Assembly (NCBI GenBank): GCA_051747585.1
Contig: JBNJGH010000047.1
Location: forward strand, 1-24,029
Direction of reading: 5' to 3'
Source of the DNA: Candidatus Rifleibacteriota bacterium
Lineage (GTDB): Bacteria; Muiribacteriota; Ozemobacteria; Ozemobacterales; Ozemobacteraceae
DNA: 24,029 nucleotides
This document shows positions 9,105 through 15,805 of the stretch, one piece after another. The position numbers were made by a program, and so were the translations under genes. A model generated the notes under the pieces. The model saw only the letters and a program-made list of their open reading frames with translations. It ran no database searches and was not told where the DNA came from. How positions within the stretch are numbered: the first letter of the stretch is position 1; each line of letters opens with the position of its first letter.

Positions 9105-10346
9105 ATGATAAAGAGGAACGGGCATATTTTTCCAGTATTTATTTTTCTCGTATCGATATGCATATTTTTTGCGACCCCGATTATAAATTCTGCACCTCTT
9201 GTCACTACCGGCCTTGACGTCTTAGCGACCCAACATCCGGAAATGGTCAGAGGGAAGAATATTGCCCTGTTAACCTCTAAAACAGCTTACGATAAAAATC
9301 TTAATCATTCAATCGACCGTTTGGCAAAAGCTGCAAAAATTGAGATAATTTTTACTTCAGACAGAGATTTTAGAGAAACCATACCTCTGCAGAACCGTAA
9401 AGGCAAACGTGACGCCCTGACAAATGCTTTAATTTATCAGATTAATGATCCTTTAGATCGGCCACCAGAAGATGCCTTTCAAAATGTTGAGCTGCTGGTG
9501 ATAGATGTTCAAGATATAGGGATCAGATATTTCAAATATATAACCATACTGGCTCAATTTCTGGATCTTGCAAACGAAATTGAGCTTCCGGTTATTTTGC
9601 TCGATCGCCCCAACCCTATAAATTGCACAAAGATTGCGGGTCCGGTGTTGGAAACATCTTTAAGAAGCCGATTTGGCGTATATCCGGTTCCTTTGATTTA
9701 TGGAATGACGATTGGTGAACTGGCACTTTATTTCAACAAAGTATTCGGATTGGGAGCAGATCTTACAGTAGTGGGCTTAGAAGGCTACTCTCGTGACATG
9801 TCTTATGAAGAAACCCGCTTATGCTGGTTTCCACCCTCTAACCATATTCCCGAACCCGACTCACCTTATTATTATGCGACCACTGGATTCCTGGGCGAAC
9901 TTGGAGTATTTTCAACCGGTGTTGGAACTACAAGACCTTTCCATTATATTCTCGCCCCCTGGATAGACGGAGAGCTATTGGCTAAAAAACTGCAAAAGCA
10001 TAAATTGCCCGGAGTAAAATTTATTCCAATAAAATTAAAACCTTATTACGGTCTTTTTTCCGGTAAAGAAACTTCTGGAATTGAAATTTTTATTACCGAT
10101 AAAATCTCTTACGAGCCCTTCCTTACCGGCATAGGAATCTTAAAAGCATTATGGGAACTATACCCTGACAGGGTTCCGCTTCGTAATCCGGCTGCAGCTG
10201 AAGCTATTGACACCCTTCTGGGAAGCAGCACAGTCAGGGAAAAAATTCTGGCGGGCGAACCTCTAATGATGATTTATGCAAGCCTGAAGCCCGACCTTGC
10301 TGACTATCTGAAAAAAAGACGTGAATTTATTATTTACAATGATTAG
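9105..10346 (+). CDS. NamZ/YbbC (DUF1343, exo-beta-N-acetylmuramidase family) homologue with degenerate N-terminal motifs
   Basis: Signal/TM segment; retains TGLDVL, DVQDIGIRY, LDRPNP, YGMTIGELA and LPGVKF. The usual FGPEHG reads FTSDRD and SLYG reads QIND. Confidence 0.88.
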   Translation: MIKRNGHIFPVFIFLVSICIFFATPIINSAPLVTTGLDVLATQHPEMVRGKNIALLTSKTAYDKNLNHSIDRLAKAAKIEIIFTSDRDFRETIPLQNRKGKRDALTNALIYQINDPLDRPPEDAFQNVELLVIDVQDIGIRYFKYITILAQFLDLANEIELPVILLDRPNPINCTKIAGPVLETSLRSRFGVYPVPLIYGMTIGELALYFNKVFGLGADLTVVGLEGYSRDMSYEETRLCWFPPSNHIPEPDSPYYYATTGFLGELGVFSTGVGTTRPFHYILAPWIDGELLAKKLQKHKLPGVKFIPIKLKPYYGLFSGKETSGIEIFITDKISYEPFLTGIGILKALWELYPDRVPLRNPAAAEAIDTLLGSSTVREKILAGEPLMMIYASLKPDLADYLKKRREFIIYND

Positions 10347-10812
10347 TTTAATTAACAACAGAGCCATGTCCATGGTCGAAATAATGATTGGAGTCTTGCT
10401 CCTGGCACTTATAATAATTCCATCTCTAAAAGTAATTAATACTAAAACCCAGGCGGTTACTTCAACAAGAGATCACTCTCAAGCCGCCTTTGTCGGACAA
10501 AAAATTCAAGAAATGGCAAGAGCCTGTAAATTCGACCTGCTTGAAGCAGATCAGTATGATTCAGACCCTGACAAACAGAAAAAAACCTTTGAGTGGCAGA
10601 TAAAAAACAAAGACGAAATGAAAACCCAAACTGTTAACGGTATTGAATACCAGGTTGAAAATGTAGATATTTCTCCAGTTGCCAATAAAAATGATGCTGA
10701 TTCAATCAATCATCCACTTTTACAACTATTCAAATTTACAATCAAATATGAAGGTAAAGATCGAAAACAGCACCTGCTAAATTTCAGTACTGCTATATTC
10801 AAGAAAGATTGA
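10339..10812 (+). CDS. Type IV minor pilin / pseudopilin (PilV/GspI-like)
   Basis: Probable ATG 10339 overlapping the namZ-like stop; class III signal NNRA|MSMVEIMIGVLLLALII with Glu+5 (Ala instead of Gly at -1). Confidence 0.75.
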   Translation: MISLINNRAMSMVEIMIGVLLLALIIIPSLKVINTKTQAVTSTRDHSQAAFVGQKIQEMARACKFDLLEADQYDSDPDKQKKTFEWQIKNKDEMKTQTVNGIEYQVENVDISPVANKNDADSINHPLLQLFKFTIKYEGKDRKQHLLNFSTAIFKKD

Positions 10813-10813
10813 T

Positions 10814-11464
10814 ATGAGAAGAGGATTTAACCTTATAGAATTGATGGTGGGGCTTATAATTTTTTCCCTGCTGGCAACCGCTTTGTTTTATGTTTATCGC
10901 CAAAGTCGACATGAAGCCGCCGAAATTATGGCCAATCAACAAATAAATGATGAATTTGACCGAATTTTACTGAGAATTACCGAAGATGTCAGAGAATCTA
11001 ATTATATAGACGAAAACTTTCCCCCTACATTAACCGGGCCTCAACTTGCAAGCTTCCAAACTGATGATCCATCTAATTATCTAATGTTTACCAAGGTCAG
11101 CTATGATTTCACCATAGACCCTATAGACCTGCCCGACGGCACTTTTAACTATACCCAGCAAAGAATAAGATACTTTCTTGAAAAAGAAGATGATACCGAC
11201 CCCGAAAGCCCCTGGGTACTATGTCGAGAAATGTTACCTTTTGATAATAAACGACAGCCAATTCACGCTGAGATAAAGATAAGACCCATGCTTGATGGTA
11301 TCCAAGAATGTCTTTTTTATAGATTAAAAGATCCAGATGCTTCCAGATCAGGGAACTTATATATTAAACTTAAGATGAGCCGTACAGATAAAAAAGATTC
11401 GCAACACAAATATTCGGCTGAAACTTTGATTTCTGTAAAAGAAAGAGGCGCACAACCTCAATGA
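10814..11464 (+). CDS. Type IV minor pilin / pseudopilin (PilW/GspJ-like)
   Basis: Canonical prepilin cleavage/methylation site MRRG|FNLIELMVGLIIFSLL. Confidence 0.88.
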   Translation: MRRGFNLIELMVGLIIFSLLATALFYVYRQSRHEAAEIMANQQINDEFDRILLRITEDVRESNYIDENFPPTLTGPQLASFQTDDPSNYLMFTKVSYDFTIDPIDLPDGTFNYTQQRIRYFLEKEDDTDPESPWVLCREMLPFDNKRQPIHAEIKIRPMLDGIQECLFYRLKDPDASRSGNLYIKLKMSRTDKKDSQHKYSAETLISVKERGAQPQ

Positions 11465-13800
11465 TTTTTAGAAAACAAAAGAATCGAATGGGTTCTGCAA
11501 TCATAACAGCGATTGGCATGGCTATTGTGTTAATGCTTGTTATAGCCGGTCTACAGATTTTCACTTCTCACCGAATCCAAACTACGATACAAACCAGCAG
11601 AAAGGCTAAAGCCCTTTCAATTGCTGAAGCTGGAATAGCCGCGACTTTAGCCGAGTTATCATATAATTATTCTTTTCAGACTCACAAAGTATCAAAAAAA
11701 CTGAAATGGCAGGAAAAAGTTGATAACAAGCAGGTTCTTAGCAGTCTATCTTCTCATAATTTCTCTATAGACTCGAACTCAGAAGGTACCTATTCCGGTA
11801 GCATCGGCGACGGTACTTTCAAAGTAAGAGTTGGCAGAATTCCATTTGAAGACGATGAAGATACACTTAATATTGATGAAAGCCACTCGTATTTGCTCAT
11901 TGAATCCCTCGGAAGATTTGAAGACAGTGTAAAGAAGGTTATGGTAGTTGTTAACCGCCGCTTCCCCGCACGTGAATTTCTTATGTATGACGGCGGCTTC
12001 TTATCACTCGTATACGGCCAACCTGGAAAAAATAACAAAAACGTTTTTTCAACCGGACACCTCTACGGTCATCGGGGCGTAGAAATTTCACAAATTCTAA
12101 TGAGTGGGCACAACCCCGTCAGCCCCGGCACAACCCAGGAACTTGCCGACATGAACGCAATTATAAGTGGTGCCGGTGGCATTTTCTTCTTCAGTCCTAT
12201 CAGGGCAAGGTTCAGAGACAAACCTGGGTTACCCGGCCCCGACATGGTTTTACCTGCAAACTCACATTTCCCGACAAATGGACAATACAGTTCGGCTCAT
12301 GCTGAAAAATATGGCGAATATCCTGAAGAAATGCGCGAATCTATCCCTAAATTTTCCGAAGAACTACAGGAAAAACTAAGCGACTGGATCAAAGATAAGC
12401 ATGCCGGGGTTTCAATCCCCCTGGACTCTGTTCCTTTTGATTATTATAAATCTGAGGCGCAAAAGCCTGGTCGTGGCTTATTTTTTGCAAAAACTTTTTC
12501 TGACAGCAACTATCAGAGAAACTACAAGGTCCCCAATGGATGGACAGGAACAGGAAATGATAAGCTCAAGTCAGTATTACTCGACTTTGGCGATAATATT
12601 AGACCCGGAAACGTTTCAGTGCCGTCAAATTTCAATGGAATGATATATGCTGAAACGGACGTTATTATCAAAGGCAACCCCCCGGAAGATCTACATATTG
12701 TTACCCCTGAAAATGTTTTTGTCGCAGGAGATTTCAATCAGGCGGGCAATCCTGACATAATAGAAGAACGTTACGGACTTCCTCAAGATTATGAATCTGG
12801 AAAAAATGCCTTAACAAGCAGCGATTATCGCAGCGAGGTGAAAGCAAAACTTATAGACGATATTGATTCTTCTGATTTTAGAAATCATGTTGCTGCAACT
12901 GTAGTAGCGGGCAAAAGAGTAGTTTACGACTACCGAAGCCCGGTTGATTGTTTCGAAAATGAGCTTTACCCGTTCATGAAATATAAACTCGCCGCCAGCA
13001 TAACCGATGAAACGGAAGCAGAACAAAATACTTTGCAACACAACATTTCCGGTATTATCGAAACTACTGCTACCACAGAAGAAGACTTTAAAGCAGGCAT
13101 AGAAGACTTCTTCAGCCGTTATAAAATAGATGGTTCTGTTGAAGATGATCTGACCGAAAAATTTACCGAACTTTATAACGATAAAGATGGAAAGTTCGAC
13201 TTTAACGATTTTGATGAAATATCGAAAAAGATATGGACTGAATACGCTCAAAAATATGACCCCGAAGAAGATGGCGAACTAAGCGACGAAGCAAAAAACA
13301 TTGACTTTGGGGTTTACAAACTTTTAAAAGATTTACGCCAGAAAATGAATATTCCTGGCGATGGTGATGCCGAAAATTTTAATCCTGATGTGGTCGATGA
13401 CAGTCCGGGTGACTTCCTCTATTTCCCCGAAATGACAACCAATGCAATGTTTATTTCATGCGCAAAAAGAAACAATGTTTTTTATGCCGGGCCTGACTAT
13501 ACCAAAATCTATAATGAAATTGGACGCTCATCACTTTGTGAAAGCAGTGGTGTGGGCCTGGAACACTCAAAAATGCAACATATGGTTCATAGAATTTATG
13601 GTTCTGAAATCAAGCTGAGAATAAATAAAGATGTTCAGCCACTGGGAACCGGTTTTTATCGCCCCCCAACCAGACGTAAACTATATGATGAAACCCTACC
13701 ACGCATGGGTCTCAATAACAGCAGTTATGAACTGGCTTCTTACCTGGTTCTAACCTGGCAGGATACTGTTGTTTCTACAGAATTTTACCAGAACTTTTAA
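11461..13800 (+). CDS. Large PilX/GspK-like minor pilin (779 aa)
   Basis: KNRMG|SAIITAIGMAIVLMLVI (no Glu+5, as in PilX/GspK) followed by KALSIAEAGI, a PilX-type N-terminal motif; ATGA overlap with the previous gene. Confidence 0.8.
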   Translation: MIFRKQKNRMGSAIITAIGMAIVLMLVIAGLQIFTSHRIQTTIQTSRKAKALSIAEAGIAATLAELSYNYSFQTHKVSKKLKWQEKVDNKQVLSSLSSHNFSIDSNSEGTYSGSIGDGTFKVRVGRIPFEDDEDTLNIDESHSYLLIESLGRFEDSVKKVMVVVNRRFPAREFLMYDGGFLSLVYGQPGKNNKNVFSTGHLYGHRGVEISQILMSGHNPVSPGTTQELADMNAIISGAGGIFFFSPIRARFRDKPGLPGPDMVLPANSHFPTNGQYSSAHAEKYGEYPEEMRESIPKFSEELQEKLSDWIKDKHAGVSIPLDSVPFDYYKSEAQKPGRGLFFAKTFSDSNYQRNYKVPNGWTGTGNDKLKSVLLDFGDNIRPGNVSVPSNFNGMIYAETDVIIKGNPPEDLHIVTPENVFVAGDFNQAGNPDIIEERYGLPQDYESGKNALTSSDYRSEVKAKLIDDIDSSDFRNHVAATVVAGKRVVYDYRSPVDCFENELYPFMKYKLAASITDETEAEQNTLQHNISGIIETTATTEEDFKAGIEDFFSRYKIDGSVEDDLTEKFTELYNDKDGKFDFNDFDEISKKIWTEYAQKYDPEEDGELSDEAKNIDFGVYKLLKDLRQKMNIPGDGDAENFNPDVVDDSPGDFLYFPEMTTNAMFISCAKRNNVFYAGPDYTKIYNEIGRSSLCESSGVGLEHSKMQHMVHRIYGSEIKLRINKDVQPLGTGFYRPPTRRKLYDETLPRMGLNNSSYELASYLVLTWQDTVVSTEFYQNF

Positions 13801-13852
13801 AAACCATACAGGCATATCCTTATTCACCGCAGCAATTCTCAAAGAACAATTT

Positions 13853-13950
13853 TCGCTATCGCTATCGACATCGCTACTCGGTATCGAAATTTTAAAACCA
13901 TTTCAGAAGCCTTCGAAAAGGGAGTTCCGATTCCGACCCCGACACCCGAA
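13853..13950. repeat. Hexamer-periodic TCG / CGA inverted repeat arrays (imperfect long hairpin)
   Basis: TCG at 13853, 13859, 13865, 13871, 13878 and 13884, mirrored by CGA at 13928, 13934, 13940 and 13947. Confidence 0.65.
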
Positions 13951-13990
13951 AATTTTTTAATGTGATTGCCCTGGACCCTGATTTATAGTA

Positions 13991-14020
13991 TTGAAACTGA
14001 TTGAGGCTATATGTTATTAT
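13991..14020 (+). promoter_or_regulatory. sigma70 promoter with extended -10
   Basis: TTGAAA (13991-13996), 18 nt, TATTAT (14015-14020) preceded by TGn; ATG 14028 lies 7 nt downstream. Confidence 0.45.
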
Positions 14021-14027
14021 TATTTGC

Positions 14028-14216
14028 ATGCAAGACAGGTGTCCGCTTTGCCTTAAAATAAAAGAATACGATATCGAAAACAACGAATATCTACGCTATC
14101 GCAATACCGAGAGACTCGTATGCGAAAGGTGTGCCGCTGAAATACGCGGTAAAATGAGACCAACCTGGCAGATAATTTCCGGGCGGGTTTTTCCACAAAG
14201 CACAAAATATTTTTAA
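14028..14216 (+). CDS. Small putative zinc-binding protein (62 aa, CxxC-x23-CxxC)
   Basis: MQDRCPLC...VCERC; ends 12 nt before cheR on the same strand; a promoter sits directly upstream of ATG 14028. Confidence 0.55.
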   Translation: MQDRCPLCLKIKEYDIENNEYLRYRNTERLVCERCAAEIRGKMRPTWQIISGRVFPQSTKYF

Positions 14217-14228
14217 GAGAAAGTATAT

Positions 14229-15272
14229 ATGCAAAAACGTTTCTCTCAAAAAGATCTGAGGGAATTCAGTTCCTATTTAAGTCATGAGTATGGACTCAGC
14301 TTTGGACAAGAGAAATTCAAACAGCTTGAAAACAGGCTCGCGCCTTTGATTCAAAAGTTTGAATGTAGAACCCTTCACGATATAATTCTGGGTTGCAAAG
14401 CAAATATAAACCTGCGACGCGAACTTCTAAATGTTTTAACTACAAATGAAACCTGGTTTTTTCGACACCCGGCCCACCATAAAATTCTTACAGATCATGT
14501 TTTGCCCGAACTGATAAAAAAAGCCGAATTGAGTAGAGATAACAGGCTTAAAGTTTGGTCTGCAGGCTGTTCAACCGGCGCAGAACTTTTTTCGATAATG
14601 ATTACCATTTTTGAATACCTCAATTCTCCTTCGCAATGGAACCTTAGTTTTCTTGGCAGCGATATATCATCAGAAGCAATTTTTAAGGCCCAAAAGGGTA
14701 TTTTTAATGCTCATGAAATTCGTTATCTGAGCAATCAAATCAAAACCAAATACTTTACCAGATACGATAACGATCTTTACCAGCTCAAACCTGAATTGCT
14801 CTATTATGTCGATTTTGAAGTTCTTAATCTACTTGATAACTGGCCAGTAAGGGATTTCGACATCATTTTCTGTCGCAATGTGATGATTTACTTCAATGAA
14901 ACCAACAAAAAAAGAGTAACCGAAAAAATTTTATCCTCTCTCAACGAAAACGGATATTTTTTTACCAGTGCAAATGAATCTATCCATTGGGAAACGAACA
15001 TTGGTCTGAATAAAATTTTCCTTGAAAACGAATATATTTATCAAAAGTCAGAAAAAAAAGAAAGCCGATTGTTGTATCTATTTGCGACTCCAAATGATCT
15101 TCTGCGCGGTATAAATCTCTTAAACCAATGCGGAATTGAATATCAGCTGAAAAGAATAAAGCAAAAACATGAACTTGCTCCCAAAAGAGCTCTTTCTATT
15201 TTACAAAGCGAAAGCAATAGAGCAGATGAACTTTTTTTATTAAGTTCAATTAAAGTTAGTGCAGTTCTGTAA
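14229..15272 (+). CDS. cheR: CheR-type protein-glutamate O-methyltransferase with a ~70-aa C-terminal extra domain
   Basis: Motifs LTTNETWFFRHPAH, KVWSAGCSTGAE, GSDIS and FDIIFCRNVMIYF. Confidence 0.92.
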   Translation: MQKRFSQKDLREFSSYLSHEYGLSFGQEKFKQLENRLAPLIQKFECRTLHDIILGCKANINLRRELLNVLTTNETWFFRHPAHHKILTDHVLPELIKKAELSRDNRLKVWSAGCSTGAELFSIMITIFEYLNSPSQWNLSFLGSDISSEAIFKAQKGIFNAHEIRYLSNQIKTKYFTRYDNDLYQLKPELLYYVDFEVLNLLDNWPVRDFDIIFCRNVMIYFNETNKKRVTEKILSSLNENGYFFTSANESIHWETNIGLNKIFLENEYIYQKSEKKESRLLYLFATPNDLLRGINLLNQCGIEYQLKRIKQKHELAPKRALSILQSESNRADELFLLSSIKVSAVL

Positions 15273-15310
15273 GAAATTAAAATTCAGTTTAAGATTGCAA
15301 CCTGCCGATA

Positions 15311-15790
15311 ATGGTAGGTGTGCAACAGGTTTCAAACAATAACAAAAACAATCCGATTCGTATCAGAATCTCTGTTCTCATGCGGAACGAAGAGGGACAA
15401 ATTTGCTTTGTCAGACACCGTAAAAATGACAGGTTATACTGGCTTTTGCCCGGAGGCGGCCAGGATCCGATGGAATCTGCCTTAGATACGGCAAAACGAG
15501 AACTTTATGAAGAGCTTCGAATAAAAATCAAAGATTTGAGGTTTCTCTTTATCAGAGAAAGTATGAATCCCATAATAGACAGACACATTCAATTTCTGGT
15601 CTTTGAAGCCCTGAATCCAGATTATTCTAAAATGGAAACAGGAGAAGACCCTAGAGTTGACGGCTTTGATTTTTTTTCAATTAATGAAATTCGTAACAAA
15701 ACAATTTATCCGGCGATGCACGAAGATTTAATAAAATTCGGGCAAAATGAGCAAATAAAGCAATTTAAGACACTTGATTGGATTCCCTGA
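15311..15790 (+). CDS. NUDIX hydrolase (start may be GTG 15320)
   Basis: Nudix box WLLPGGGQDPMESALDTAKRELYEELRI (Gx5Ex7REUxEE). Confidence 0.9.
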   Translation: MVGVQQVSNNNKNNPIRIRISVLMRNEEGQICFVRHRKNDRLYWLLPGGGQDPMESALDTAKRELYEELRIKIKDLRFLFIRESMNPIIDRHIQFLVFEALNPDYSKMETGEDPRVDGFDFFSINEIRNKTIYPAMHEDLIKFGQNEQIKQFKTLDWIP

Positions 15791-15805
15791 ACTCAGGAGG
15801 CAGGC

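Noticed and set aside
10321..10338. GTG start at 10321 for the PilV-like gene
   Set aside because: ATG 10339 gives a shorter, typical class III leader and a tighter overlap with the upstream stop.
13853..13950. CRISPR array or DGR template repeat
   Set aside because: The units are 6 nt with no spacers; there is no cas or reverse-transcriptase gene and no TR/VR pair.
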